Positions 23,966 through 38,017 of a stretch of 64,000 nucleotides of DNA are shown here, in pieces (within the stretch, counting starts at the first letter, position 1; every line of letters begins with the position of its first letter). This DNA comes from Leucoraja erinacea (taxonomy: Eukaryota), in assembly GCF_028641065.1 (NCBI RefSeq), contig NC_073377.1:123504001-123568000 (forward strand), read 5' to 3'. The notes below the pieces were generated by a model. It had not been told where the DNA came from. It was given only the letters and a program-made list of their open reading frames with translations, and did not search any database. The position numbers were made by a program, and so were the translations under genes.

Positions 23966-26732
23966 TGAACAAAGCTTTTACATTTATAGGAATAATCAGA
24001 AATGATGTTTAATATATCACCACTTAATGCAATTATTTAGAAGGCCACATTATGAGAACCATTCTATACAAATTTAGCTATAAAACCACTGAAGTGTAGA
24101 AACGGATATCAGAACATCCACCAATGAGGTGCTATAATTACAGTGTATTTCAAGCGTTGCTTTAAGTAGACACTGATTATTTGAGCAATGCTTTGTTTTA
24201 CACTAGTCAGCCTAATAAGGGTTAAATTTCACAAATGGAACAGCTGCATTTCTAAACCAACAGGAATAACAGAATGTGTTTGCTCATAACGTGTTTGAAC
24301 ATTAAAGCTTAAAAACAATCATTTGATTGATTGATTTATGGCCATTGATTGATTTATGGACAAACTCTGTGGGCTGAAGTGCCTGCAAGTGCTGCATGAC
24401 TCCATGACTCTATGGCACTGCCTGCAGTAAGAAATCTTTCCCCATTTAAGACCATTTCTCAAACTGTTGCTTTGGAACAGTTGAATATTATAACTGCCAA
24501 TTTAAAAGTAATAATGTATGATGTTAAAGGAATTCTTAACATTGAGATTAGATAACATTTTTGGCTTGGATTTTCTCCATTTTAGAGAATGCAAACTGAA
24601 AACAAAAAGTGCCTAGTTGGAAAAATATTATTTTCTTTTACTGATGGAATGCAGTGTTAGCAATAAATGACAACCAGGCAGAATTAATGCTTTCACATTT
24701 TGCTTTAATAATGCTAAATGTAGCTTGCAATATGTACTTATAGATGATTGAGCAACCTATTTGTAAATGCATTGATTAGTGCAAAGTGGTGATGTCCTGC
24801 TAGACATTAGTAAATTTTAATGAGGCAATATGACTATGTATGTCCATTACCAATGTCAATGCAATGGCATTTTACAGATACTAAAAGTTCATGCATCTCT
24901 TGACTTCATTTCTACGGATAACCCAAATGACTAAATTTTGCTAAATACTAATTAGATGTAAACTCCAGGCAACCAAGTAAACCAAAAAGCAAACCCAATA
25001 TAAATCAAGCACTAATAATGTTTATTATATTGTATTTTGTATATTAAGAGTTAATGAAGACAACAAAACATAATTATGATTTATTTAGTCCAGTTGCCAA
25101 AATGAAAATCTGCAAGGAAGTCCCTGCTGCACGATCAATTTATATTTCCACTGCAATTTATACTGCTCTATACTTTTTAAAGAATTGCACACAATAAAGA
25201 ACATGTTATTTCTTGTTTTAGTACAACCTCTTTGGGCAAGTGCTTGGTCTGCTGATGAAATATTTTATTTAAATACTTGTCAAATTTAGTCAGATAGAAT
25301 TTATGTGCAACACCTTGCAGAGTTATAAATGTAAACTGAAGTTGTTTTAGGCAAAATAATTCCTTTCCTCATGAAGCTGACACCAAACACGATGCAAGGC
25401 ATGTGGACCAGTAAATCACTGCAAGCATCAAGTAATTGTTGATCACACTGAACAATCAAAGGTTTTCAATGGTACACTCTGCACGTATGTATTAAAATGT
25501 TACAATGTGCGGTATGATTCAGCTGTTCATTTTGTCATACCACATAGTGATAGCAAATTACTTCATCATTTGTCGGACAATATTCAGAATCACAAAAACA
25601 TCTGCTAGATTTGAGTTCTGAGGTGCTGAGATTTTCTTCAGAGAATGACTTGGCTATTCCCAGTAGGTGAGATGACAGCATATTTTTGGGTAGATTGTAC
25701 TCTCCACAGCTGTAACATCTGCCTTTTACTTCTCAAGTGTATTCATTACAATGTATAACTGCATATAAAAGATGGATATATAATTACTTCTGTGGTTCAT
25801 AATGCTTGGGTTGTTTTATTTCTCAGACAAACAAAATTTAACCCTTGAATTTATTAGAATTTTCTTACAAAATATGATTTTATTATTTCCATGATAAAAA
25901 TAAGTATAATATTTATGGGGATAAAGTTGCAAATATATTTAATGATTGACATGTGAGTAGAAATTATATATATATATATATATATATTTCTTTCTTTCAG
26001 TGAGAAACATTCTTTACAGGACAATGGGAGATTGGTAATATATATAATTTTTTAGAATTAGATTTAAAGCTTAGATTTCAGTACAATCGGCAAATGGATT
26101 TTGTCAGGCTTCATGTCTTCTTTAAAATTAAATATATAATTGAAATATATATAGTGACAAAAATAACTGTTAAAAAATAAGTTGATCGGCAAATGCTTGC
26201 TATGATTTGATCCTGATACTACCCCAACCGTAATTTTTTTTAAACAGTATAGTTTGTATTTTAACATTTAAAACACCTTTTTGATCCTGATTCCAGACAC
26301 TATGAATTATTCCCAAGATTAGCGATAATTATCAATAATGGATAATATGTAAAATATTAACCTAATACTTTTGCTATCCATTTGCCTCATCAGATGCTGC
26401 TTGGCCCATTGAGTGGCTCCAACAATTTGACTTTTGATTAATATTCTTTGCATTCTTAGCATTGGAAAATAAAATGCTTAATAATAATTTCAGTAACATG
26501 TACTTTTTTTGGAATGATTTATTAACTTTATTCAAGTGGAACCATTCAATGTCGACAGGCTGTTCTTGGTCAAATGTTTCTCCAAAGGGTTGAGAGCTAG
26601 CGATTCAATTGTATGTCACATGTTTCATACTAGTTTGGTCATTGGCCAAGGTCTAAGCATAGGTTGTATAGGATGACTAGAACAATGTAACAGGTGTACA
26701 TTGAAACTTTGGATTGTGAGCTTACACACATG

Positions 26733-26896
26733 TTGTAGGAAGGAACTGAAGATGCTGGTTTAAACCGAAGATAGACACAAAATGCTGGAGTAACTCAGCG
26801 GGACAGGCAGCATCTCAGGCCCCCTTCCAGATCCATTCTGGGTCCATCCATGCTGCCTGTCACGCGAGTTGCGCCAGCATTTTGTGTCTATCTTCT
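26733..26896 (-). mobile_element. Miniature fold-back Penelope-derived element
   Basis: Arms GAAGATAGACACAAAATGCTGG..ACAGGCAGCAT / ATGCTGCCTGT..CCAGCATTTTGTGTCTATCTTC; TSD TTACACACATG at 26722-26732 and 26897-26907. Confidence 0.8.
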
Positions 26897-27622
26897 TTAC
26901 ACACATGGTGTTTACTAGGATTGCAACAGTGGTGTTAATCATTTTGAAACACTTATTGGAGATTGCAAAATTGATCTAGGCCCATGTGTTAGTGAAACAG
27001 TACATCACTACAAATAGGAAAGCAGGCCCCAATAGAAGGAAGCATACCTACTATCAGCTTATTTGGATTATAACAAATATTTGAGAAGTCAATTGAGATG
27101 CAACAATGGACCAAGCTTCTGATCATCGTTTGGTTAAGGCCTTTATATATTTGTGGAGCGGAGCCCAGAGAACTCAATTTCTCTCTCCATGTGTTCATCC
27201 ATGTCATTGTGATCTCTTATGCTGTATTGGTGGGATGTAGATTTTAGAAATTATGTCCCTGTTCTCATGCATGTCTTGGCATTCTTTAAAACATTTATCT
27301 TTAAAATAACCAGCAGCCATCTAATCTGAGAAACCATTGGTCTACAATTCCCATCAAGCTGCAAGTTATTGTGTAGGTTATTCACAGTTTGTAAGCAACT
27401 CACCAAGTTATATAGTTAAATGTATACAACCAAAACAAAAAGATTGGGCACTGTATTATGGTGCATAACTGCACACAGATCTTCATCAGGCATTTTAACA
27501 ATTTTATTTTTAGCAAAAATTATTTCTTACCATCAGCTCTTACAATGAATATTTTACATTGGAAATTCTAATCTGCGCATTAATTATATTTTCATGAAAT
27601 AGAAACCTCTTTCAAGTTAAAA

Positions 27623-29327
27623 TGGTAATTTGGTTGGCATAAGTAAAAACCCAAATGAATCTAATGATTTGTAATTGACTAAATAACTACAATAAAATTC
27701 CTTGCTATAATATGTTGCATTGTCACAGATATGTTTCCAAATACACAGAACTAGATGTTAAAAGTCCAAAGTGCCAAATGTCAACTTGCTCCTGATGGTG
27801 ATGGGAGCGTTCTGCACTGACCTATGCTCCTCCCATGTTGAGAAAGGCTACGCAGACACGTCATTGGGGTTATGAAGTGGGCACCTACTTTCATCGACGT
27901 TTCGCTGATTGAACCTGTGACTTCTTCAGGAGGCTCAGCAGTGCATTCTGGCATCCCGGAACCACCCCCCTCTGCATCTGTCTAGTCTGTTATTTGGGAG
28001 ACCAAATGGGGTATTTCCTCTTCAGCCAGAGTCACTGGCTACTCCGCTCTGCCACCCGTGATGTTTCTTTGATGGTCTGGCGTAGGGCTTGTCTGCTGAT
28101 CCCCAGGTCCTTCATCAGTCTTACGGTTGATGTTGCCACGAATCCTCGACATCCAACTTCTACCGGGCAGATCTTAGCTCTCCAGCCCCGCTGTTCTGCC
28201 TCCACTGCAAGCTCTCGCAGTTTATTTCCTTCAATGGCTTCCTGCACAGCATCCTCCCAAGGGACTGTGAGCTCCACAAAATACACCATGTGCTGAGAGT
28301 TCGACCAGAGCACAAGATCAGGCCTCAAGTTGGTGATGGCTATCTCTGATGGAACTGTAAGCCGTTAGTCCATATCCACCAGCATCTGCCAATCCCGGGC
28401 TGCCTCCAGCTGTCCATCCAAACCTGGTCCTTGGTGGAATTTTCCATTGCCTTTGTTTCCCCCCCCCCCCCCCCCCCCCCCCCCGAACAAAGGCAATTGT
28501 CTTAACTGGGTTGGTTGTGCTGGGCTTCAGGGCATTGTTGGCTGTTCTCCTGCGTTCCAGAGTCGCTGCCAGGCATTTGAGCACTTGATTATGTCTCCAG
28601 GTGTACCGTCCTAGGGAGAGGCTTACTTTACACCCAGTGAGGATGTGCCCAAGTGTGGCTGGTGTTGAACACAGGGGGCATGATGGATCTTCGCCCAGCC
28701 ATTGGTTGAGATTTTTTGTGCTAGGAAGGACATCATAGGTTGCCCGAATGAGGAAACTTATCCTGCTCGCCTCCATCTCCCACATGTCCTTCCAGCTGAT
28801 CTTCCTCTTTTCCACACTCTCCCATCTCATCCACTGGCCCTGTTTAGCTTGCGACACAGCCTTGGCACAACTACGCGATTCCTCCTGTCGGCGGACTTCG
28901 GTCGCGACCAACTTCCGGCGCTCCATTGATGATGCCTTGTTCCAGCAAGGTCGCTTTCCGCCAAGCCCCAAGCCACTTCTTCCGTGTTGGATTTGCCCGA
29001 CCATGTCGTCTTGGTGGAGAGCAGATTTTGCCTGCTGTGTCGCATTCTTAGCCGTCCACTTCTTTCCTGTTGCCAGGGTTGGAGCAGCAGCTCGGATGAC
29101 AGTGTCCCTTGATTCTGCCAGGGTCATCTCTAGTCTGACTTTAGTGCACTTGAACTCCTCTGTGAGACTAGAGAGAGGCAGCTGGAGTACCTCCTGACCG
29201 TACAGGCCTACGCTGCTCAGTGGTAATTTGGTTGGCATAAGTAAAAACCCAAATGCTTTGTATGATTTGCATTTGACTAAATAACTACAATAAAATTCCT
29301 TGCTATAATATGCTGCATTGTCACAGA
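27623..29327 (+). repeat. 107-bp direct duplication (27623-27729 and 29221-29327) flanking the Hero-like element
   Basis: Both copies run TGGTAATTTGGTTGG...CATTGTCACAGA, are the same length and differ by 8 substitutions by eye. Confidence 0.92.
27730..29220 (-). mobile_element. Hero-like (R2 group) non-LTR retrotransposon, 5'-truncated, with restriction-like endonuclease
   Basis: RISFLIRATYDVLPS..CPLC..TLGHILTGC..RYTWRHNQVL (CCHC knuckle + RHN), then RPDLVLWS..ELTVPWE..PVEVGCRGF (PD-(D/E)xK-type RLE). Frameshift near the poly-C at ~28460-28483. Confidence 0.85.
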
Positions 29328-29971
29328 AAGAATTGAATGAGCCATTTTGGTCAACTATTATTTTCCATTCTGAATGACCTCCCTTGAAATTGGACCCTTT
29401 GAATTACAAGTCGTCTTTTAAGCTTACCTTTCAACCTTACAATGCATTAATAGTGGCTGCTGTGTTCTATTTGTTACAATACATTAGAAAGCATTGTTGA
29501 ATTCCATCAACTTTATTCCGTGAATTGATTAATTTTACATGTTTAGAGTTTAGAACAGTGTGTATTCATTACAGAAATTGTTATATTCCAAGCACCTATC
29601 TACTCAACATAGTAAGTGGCTTGACACCTTTATCGTTGGTGTGTATAGAATGTTGCAGAAGTAAACATTATCAGATGGAATCTGGTGCCATACACTACTA
29701 GCTAGGTCACTGGCACACCACCTACATTGAAATACATGTTGCCACATGAAAAAGCAAAACATATGCTTTGATCTGCCTTAATCAAAATCTCAGAGTTGCA
29801 ATAACAATACTTTGAAGTGGATGTTCATAGCTGTGCAAGAGGAGTGATATTCTGGTGTTCCAGAATGAAGTAAGTGCACGGCAGATTGATCTCAAATATT
29901 TGCAAATGTTGGGGTGACGTGGCTCAGTTCACCACCATAGCCCAGAAGAGGTTAGCAGTGACATTAGATCA

Positions 29972-30168
29972 CTGGGGGGGGGACAATGGAGGACCCGGCG
30001 TTGGGGGACCATCGGGAAGGCGGGGGGGGGGGGGAGATCAAAGAAGGAGCTGGCGTACTTTGTATCTATGTCAGAGCCGTATGGGTGAGTATTGCATCCC
30101 TTGGGTATGCAAGCTAAGAATTTCACTGTGTCTTGTCACATGTGACAATAGAACATTCCATTTCATTA
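29972..30168 (+). mobile_element. Non-autonomous retroelement 3' fragment with a Rex/RTE-like tail
   Basis: G-rich body followed by GAATTTCACTGTG..CACATGTGACAATA and a CATT(C/T)-type tail. Confidence 0.5.
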
Positions 30169-31224
30169 CATAGTACCCTGCACAGCCTTTGGATGTTCCT
30201 GTGTATTTTAAGGAGAAGTCATTAATTTTGTAACATCACAACATATAATGTAGAAACCATGGCAGTCATTTCACAATCAGGAACGATTGTGAATTGACAG
30301 TCATGTGAATTTATCTTAACAGAAGGAGCAAAGATATGTTAACCATATATACTGTTTTATTAATGATCTTTGAAGGACATTTGTTGGAAAGGACTATTTA
30401 AGCCCTTTCATCCAGCTTTGAGATAGCAATGAGAGCTAGTGCATCGACTTGAGGGCAGACAGTTCAATGCAAAGGTGCTTTTATTGTCACCTGTTGTAAG
30501 ATATTGGGGCAATTCCTCCAAAATTATGGAAGAACTCGGATAAGGATGCTTCCCCTACGGCTGGGACCCTCCCCAAGCAGAACTCCATGGCCGCTCCCTG
30601 TCCCCATTCACCGAGGCACAATTAAAGTTGGAACAATTAAAGCAGCCACGCCTGTAAATACATCACACAGTGATTCAGCCACAGAGTAGCGTCCACTGGC
30701 CTGGAATATTGAACTTGAGATTGGAACACAAGTTGCAAAACAGCAGCTATGATATTCAAATAATTGAATACATCTGGAATAATGAGATAACATCTGTAGT
30801 GGTGACTATGAAAATACCAAAGTGAAATTAAAAGCCCATCTGTTTTACAAATGTCCTAGAGAAGGGAACCTGCCATTCTTACCTGACATATTCATGGCTC
30901 CAAAACCACAACATTGTAGTTGACCTTTGAAATGGCTCCGCAAGCCAGGGTCAATTAGAGGTGAAACACAATGCCAGTCTTGTTGGCTATGTCTGCATTG
31001 CCATGAATGAGAAACTGAAAAAAAAGAACTGCAAGACAGCATAACCGATAATTTTACATTAATGCATCAGCCTATGCTTTTGTTTTCAGATTGCTGAATT
31101 TGACTTAATTTTTAATTTAATGGTATCTCCCAAAACGTGGCTGATACATGGAAAATCATGTATTTCCTCAGAGTAGTAAGATAGCCAGCAACCAGGAGCC
31201 GACCCAAGAGGCGAGTGTTAGGCA

Positions 31225-31428
31225 AAAGACAAAGTGCTGCAGGAACTCAATGGATCAGGCAGCATCTGTGGAGGGAATGGACAGACATTGTTTTGGGTCA
31301 GGACAACCTCTTCACACTGAAGATCATCTGTCCATTCTTTCCACAGATGTTGCCTGACCTGCAAAGTCCCTCCAGCACTTTGTGTTTTTTACTCAAAATT
31401 TCAACATCTGCAGTTTCTTGTGTCTCCA
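31225..31428 (+). mobile_element. Fold-back Penelope-derived element (older)
   Basis: Arms ACAAAGTGCTG..CAGGCAGCATCTGTGGA..GAATGGACAGA / TCTGTCCATTC..TCCACAGATGTTGCCTG..CAGCACTTTGT; tail on the right. Confidence 0.65.
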
Positions 31429-31892
31429 TCAAGAGAGCTTAATTGTCATATGAACCGACAATGGAACAATGACATTCTTACTTGCTGCAGCTTTACAGGC
31501 ATATTGACATAACAACACCACAAATAAAAATACAATAAATGATCTATTATACTAGGTAACCACTAGGTACTTAGTGTATGCTGAAATGTTCAGTGCAACC
31601 TATTAAAAGCACACAGCAGTTCACTGCTGAGATTGGATTGTGGTTAGAATTGTGCAGTGTGGCAGGTTCTTAGGCTCCTGTATCTTCTTCCCAATGGTAG
31701 CAGCTGATTAAGAGCATGGCCAAGCTGGTGAGCATGTTTGATGATATTAGCTGCCTTCTTGAGCAGCGTTTCTGTAGATCTCTTCAATGGGGGTGGAGGT
31801 CAATGCCTATCACTTTCTGCAGCTTCCTTCATTATTGGGCTTTCGAGTTACTGAACCGGGCCACGATGCAAACAATCAATATACTCTCTATT

Positions 31893-32350
31893 GTCACCTA
31901 TTCCTTTTCTCCAGAGAAGCTGCCTGACCTGCTGAGTTGCTCCAGCATTTTGTGTCTATCTTCGGTGTACACCAGCATCTGCAGTTCCTTTCTACACAGT
32001 ACCCGAACAATGTCTTACTCAGAGCCTGAAATTATGTCGTTTTTAGTGTCGTTTACCGGATAGCATTAAGAAATGGTAAATAACTATTATCCTTTCTTCC
32101 TTTGCTGAACGATTAGGACCCCAAACAACTACATTAGTACACAGCATCCTTTACAAAAGGAATCAGTAAACCTCATTCGAGGACAAAAGCAGTGAGGCAG
32201 GACAATAGGAATTTAGACATAAGACACTGCAGATGTTGGAATCCTGAGCAAAAAAAATAATTGTGCTGGAGGCACTCAGCGGACCAGGCAGCATCTGTTA
32301 AGGGAAATGGACAGTTGACATTTTGGGTCAGGACCTTTCCTCAGACTAAT
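31893..32350. mobile_element. Two Penelope terminal-repeat fragments (31893-31996 +, ~32220-32350 -)
   Basis: Same consensus as the other copies. The + copy begins at GTC|ACCTATTCC. Confidence 0.6.
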
Positions 32351-32990
32351 GGAGGAAAAGAGAGAAAGCTGGTAAAGAGAGGTGAGGGTGAAGGGGTGGG
32401 GGCAAAAATGGGCAAGGAATAGATGAGATGGGGTGAGTGGCAGATAGGTGGACAGTATTAAAGGTTCGAGGTAAAATAGAGCGAGCCAGGTGGAGAACAG
32501 ATAGATTTGCAGAATCATAGAGAATGGAAGCAGGACCTTTAGCCCAACTCATCCATGCCGACCATATTGTCCCATCTAAGCTAGTCCCACGATTAAAAAG
32601 CAGGGGAGCACCAGGAATGATGGAGGGGGAGCCATGAGAGAGGGCCTCACAGAACCCCCATATCCTCCCTCTGTCTGACTGGGAGTTTGTTTAAGTCCTT
32701 TAAATGTTTTTGAACTACCACTCCAGGACTGTTGCTTCCCAACAATAGGCTTTCTCACATATTGATTGAAACTCAATATGTGAGATATTTGGGGGTTTTT
32801 TCGGCATCTTTCATGTCTTCAAATGAATTAGGGCTTCATCAGGCCGAGAATCAGGTTGTGCAAGTTGCTATAGTGAGCTCTCATTCTTTAAGACTCTTTA
32901 ATGAGGTGTAATATAAAAGTGATTTTTGCTTTAGACTGAAGAAGGTTCCCAACCTGAAACCTCACAGAATACAAGATACAAGATACATTT

Positions 32991-35900
32991 AATAGTAAGA
33001 TTAAACGAGTACTTACCAGTATGAAGTTTGATCTGTATTTTATGAGGAGTTACGGTGAGGTATTACGTGAAGATCCCAGCCCAGTGCGCATGTGCGGCAT
33101 ACTTCGAAGCAGCGGTGTGAAATCACAGGATAGACACAATATTTGAAGTAAGATAGTAAAGATCATGAGACATCAGTTTATTAGTTTGATCTATATATTG
33201 AGGGTGGGAGCGGAGGGCACGTAATACCTCACCGTAACTCCTCATAAAATACAGATCAAACTTCATACTGGTAAGTACTCGTTTAATCTTACTATTTTAC
33301 TTCGGAGTCACGTGAGTGATTCCGTGAAGACTTCAAAGGTCTGTGATTTCAAACCGTGTAACAGTTTTTATTTCACTCACTGCCGAAGTTTTTGAGGGAG
33401 GAAGTGTTATCGTAATCAACCAGTGGATCTGCTTTCACAAGAAACAGAAAGGTATTTGTTTAACAATAACAACATAAAGAGCTCCCCTGAGCTTAAATTA
33501 ATATTGCAGATTGTAATATTCTTTCTGCAATTAAATCAGGTTTATCAACGGTTTATAATAAAAAATGTTCTGAACGTCGTTCCCTTGATCATTCTGCCGT
33601 ATTGAGAATGTGGTCAACCGGGATGTCCATTCGTTCAGCCGCTGATATCAATGCTGCCCTAGTGGAATGGGATTAAAATGTATTATTATCTATTCCGGCA
33701 GCTTTCAGTACCTGTTTGAGCCACCTTGGAGTGGTTTGGCTCGTACCCCGTCTTGGGGTTTCTGTGGTTGACCCATAGGCTTTCCTCTCCCTCTAAGATT
33801 GTGGGTTGTGTCTATATATTGTAGTAGATGGGTCACCACACTCAACCTGGACTCTGGTGGGTAGGCCCGGAATCCCACCAGTGAATAGGGCGTTCCTGGT
33901 CTATATAGCCATATAACGATTACAGCACGGAAAACACAGGCGATCTCGACCCTACTAGTCCGTGCCGAACTCATAATCTCGCCTAGTCCCATATACCTGC
34001 GAGTTAGATTTTTACCAGACCTAGAATATGAACGTGATGCGTCTGGGGTAATCACCATGTTATCCAGTCTAGTTTTATGGAGTGACTGGACTCTGTGAGC
34101 GTGTACGAGAGCCATAAGCATGAGCGTTTTTAACATAGATTGAGCAAGCTGAGGGATCTGGCTGGTGCCATTCTCTGAGATATGTCAATATCACACCAAT
34201 ATCCCATACATGGGTATACCTGGGTTTTTGGGGCTTATTATTATAGTTGCCCTTGATAAGTTTACCTTCAGTGGATGGGATCCCATGCTCTGCTGTCATG
34301 CTGTTTTAGATAAGCAGATAAGGCGCTCCATGCTGTATTTACGGCACTGTAACTCACCTTTTAGTCATGGTGTAGATGTTCCAGGAACTCCAATACGTCA
34401 GTGGTTGAATAGTTTGTTGTCCCTGCGTCGTGGCAGTATTTTACCCATGTTAGCTTTTGGTGACTGTTCGCAGGGATGCCGACATGGTGGTAATGGTTCC
34501 TTTGGATAATCCCAGTCCCTGGTAAGGTCTATTCAAAACCTGCACCCAGGAGTTTGATGTTTTTCTGGCATGGGTGGCTTGTGCCTGATACTGGGTTGAG
34601 TCAGCAACCATGGTCCACTAGGGAAATCCATAGGTGACTCGCCCACAGTGTCGTGATGAACTGGGAACCATGGCTGTGTAGGCCGGTCGGGTTATGGTTA
34701 GGCACGTTCAATATCTCGGAGACAGATCCCATCTGTATTGCGAAGTGCCCGTCTGATGAGGCAGAAGGGAGGAAGGCAAAGCAGAAATTCCCCCTTCCAG
34801 CGTGTAGGCATCTATCGCTGCTGCCTCTAATCTGGTTCCTAAGTCACATACATAGGTTACTGGTGATTCCGTCTTGTGCAACCAAATTGATATCTGGCTT
34901 TCAAACTGCTTAATACCTTTAGCAGATATCTTGGGTTTGACATCTATTCAATGTTATCATAAATTTTACCCCGTGACATGGTGTCTCCCACTGTGTTCTA
35001 GCTTCCTAGGACATAGGCAGCTGATAGTTAAAATGTCTTTTGACACACCATTTCCAGATTTGTTTGACCAATTTGTTGCACAATAATGATTATTATGCTC
35101 CCCATATGGTTGATATAAGCCACCACCATAGTATTATCAATCCGTAACCACATATGTACGTGCTGCATTTGAAATGCATATGCTTTTTAGCCCAATAGGC
35201 GATCACCAATCCCAAGTAGTTGATGCCCGGTATGTGTAGTAACGATGTTTGTGAATTGGTCCATCTGTTACCTGTGCTGGATATGGAGTTTAGTTGCTCC
35301 CCAGCCTAAAGTACTGGCATCGGTTTTTAATAACCAAGTTGGGATTGGTGATGATAATAGGGCTGAAAACTATGCCAAATATATGTCTGCCCACCACCGT
35401 AATTGTGATATAGCTTCAGTGGGTACATTCATGATTTGATTATAGTGACCCAAGTACCTTGGCAAAGTAACAGTCATATGGACAGAATTATTATTGAAAC
35501 CCAGATAATCCATGGTGATTAACGCTTCAATTCTGGTTTATCTGGACGTGGGATAAACCTCAGAGCTTTAGGGAGCTGTTTCGTAGCTAGAACTGCTGCC
35601 ACAGCTAATTCCTTTGTTTCCCCTAATATGAGGATATCATCCAATATATGCCATGATTATGCTTGTTTCTTAATATTTTCATGGCCATTTTTGTAATATT
35701 TATAATAGTTTAGGCCTGAGGTTAGACCATAGGGAATGCTCTATGCTCCCATAGTTGCCCTAACCGGGATATCCATTATCCAGGTAAAATTTTTTTAGGT
35801 ATCTATAATGATCCTAGTGTATGGGTATAAGATAGTTAGCATCTTCCATATCAATGCTCCCCATAGGTATCCTTTGGAGATCAGATGTCTGGCAGTGACA

Positions 35901-37515
35901 AACCCCGTCTCCATCTTAAAGTGTATATACTCAACAGATTATTTAGTGATATTAGATCAATGATGATGCTACATTCACCATCTTTTGTAGTTTTGGTGAA
36001 TATATTCGATACAAATTCCAATGGTTCATGTTTACTCCCATGATCCGTTTAGTAATGAGCCTTTCTAGTTCAGCTTGACCTTCTCACTTCTCTTTCTTAG
36101 AGGGAGAAAATGCCCTTTGGGCGCATTGCTGAACTGGCGGTAATATGCCCAATTTGAATTCGTTTTTATCCACTAATACTGTTGAGTATATTTTGGTTAT
36201 TTGTGACAGCATCCCATGCTTTATCAACAAGTGTAAATGCCCCCCCCGCAGTTAGTAGAACACCCTTATTTAGTGTAAACTGGGAGGAACCAGACTACCT
36301 ACCTCCATGTTTATTGTTTTTTCATGAAGGCCTAGTTTGCTGGTATGCTGGTGCTGTCGGTGGGGTGGCGCATTTTCCCACGGCTCCGCTCTGGGCCCCT
36401 GTCTAAAAAGAACTTTGGGGGTAATGTGAAGCGGTCGCCAGGCTTTCACCAGTCCTTGTTTGATATTGCTGGTGGATGCCGAGGGGTGCTGCCAGCTGGG
36501 TGTTGGATGCGATGTCCTGCTCGTTCCATGGCCTGCCCTCATGAGGCGCACAGGTTTAGCTGCCTCTCTTCCCGCAGCAGCGGTTTGCGTAGCCCCGTAT
36601 ATTTGGGGTTGCGGGCAGGTCTTATATGCTCCATTGTTCAGTCTAGTATACCAAATTTGGGAACATCTTAGGCGTCAGCACCCTGGTAGTGCAACGGGAT
36701 AGTCTCATTCTGGTAGAACCACCTTGGTGATCATGGCGTCTCGCCTGCCAGGTGAGTATGATCCGTGGAAAACGAGCAAAGGCGGTAACATCTTGACCCT
36801 CTTAGGAGCTTCAGAATTCGCTGCTTTTAGCTCTTGTCTGCGAGTCTGCTGACCCAGCTGCCTGCGGATTTGCCTCTAGAAAGGCCTGCTCCTGCAGGGC
36901 TTTGTTGGGAAGATGGTCGCGTGGAGGAGCCATGTAGTGGCCCACGACACCCAGTAGCTCTTCCTGATCCTGCTCCCCTGGCATACTGCTGTTCTCGTCC
37001 GCCTGCCCAGCGTTTAAGCCAGCCCAGCCCTGGCCTCCTTAGCTAGCCTCAAAAGAGGGAGCAAAAGGGTGTGCTATAAATTGGAGGAGGCATAGCTCAA
37101 ACTCCGCTGTTGCATCAATCCCTCGTCAAGGGAGATGGCTAGTGCAATAGCACTGGGGTAGGAGTGTCAGCTCCCTTGGCATTCAGCCAGTGCCCCTTTT
37201 TTCCTGGAGGTTTTGAACTCCATGACCTCTTCTGGCTTGGGGAGACAGACATACTTATTTTTGCTGTCTCCAACCTGTTCCAGTGTTGGAGGAAGTTGGT
37301 TCCTGTAGAACCTGTAATTTTGGTAAGTTTTTTGTCTTACCTGTATGTAGAGGCTGCCTGCCGTTTTTCAGGCGGCATTGTAGCGGTTCCCGGGTGGCGA
37401 TTCTCCTTGTCAGGAGTCTGCAGGGCTGGCGGTCGGGTTTTTAAATTTCCCTCCGGTCCGCTGCTGTTACCAAACAGCTGTTCAGCGGACCGGCATAGCG
37501 CAGCTCCCTGCAGCG
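32991..37515 (-). mobile_element. DIRS1-like YR retrotransposon B, decayed, 5' terminus missing
   Basis: 3' terminus 32991-33069 is complementary to the ICR at 33218-33330. Decayed YR (HAHRVQSL; KPRYTHVWD), methyltransferase, RT and gag regions are colinear with element C. Confidence 0.88.
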
Positions 37516-38017
37516 GTCCGCAGCGTGTGCGGTCCCGTTAGCGCCTTTCCCCCTCCACTGTCGGCTCCTTCGCTGGAGTCGAACGGGGGCCGCTTCCGTC
37601 CAGGGACCCGCGGGCTCCCGGTGCCGCCGTCCACAGGCCTGCAGTTGAAGCCTCCGACTCTCCGGTCGGGCCGCAGCAGCAGCAGCAGCAGCGCGCTCCT
37701 CCACCGCTCCACCCGCTCCGGACTCGGCCAGCCCCGCGACGGTGAGGTGAGTCGTCGGCACCAGAGTCCCCGGTCTCTTCCTGTTGGAGGCCGCTCCTCG
37801 TTGCAGCCCCAACGATAACGGAGACCCGACGAGAAAAGGTCGGGTCTCCCGTGCAGGGAGAGATTTAAAAAGTTTCCCCCTCCCCCTCCCACCCCACCCC
37901 CCCCCCCCCCACACACACACCCCAACAAAAAATAACAAAAACTACATAAAAACATAGACAGAAAAATAATAAAACGCGGACGGGCTGCAGAGGCCGCTGC
38001 TGACGAGAGTCGCGCCG
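37516..38017 (-). mobile_element. X-family element 5' part (X2); its (ATACAAG)n tail is probably at 32966-32990
   Basis: Minus strand begins GCGGCGCGACTCTCGTCAGCAGCGGCC, then T-rich, (GT)n/G-run and a GC-rich body, the same layout as X1. Confidence 0.6.

Noticed and set aside
28459-28483. Poly-Gly-coding or G-quadruplex signal
   Set aside because: A homopolymer expansion or sequencing artefact inside a dead LINE; similar G/C runs occur in other repeats here.
27623-29327. LTR pair around the element
   Set aside because: The interior is a 5'-truncated non-LTR RLE element and no PBS or PPT is evident; a target duplication fits better.
37164-37955. Cluster of overlapping 97-165-aa ORFs (also at 21811-22361 and 54543-55127)
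   Set aside because: Stop-poor GC-rich repeat sequence with no recognisable domains.
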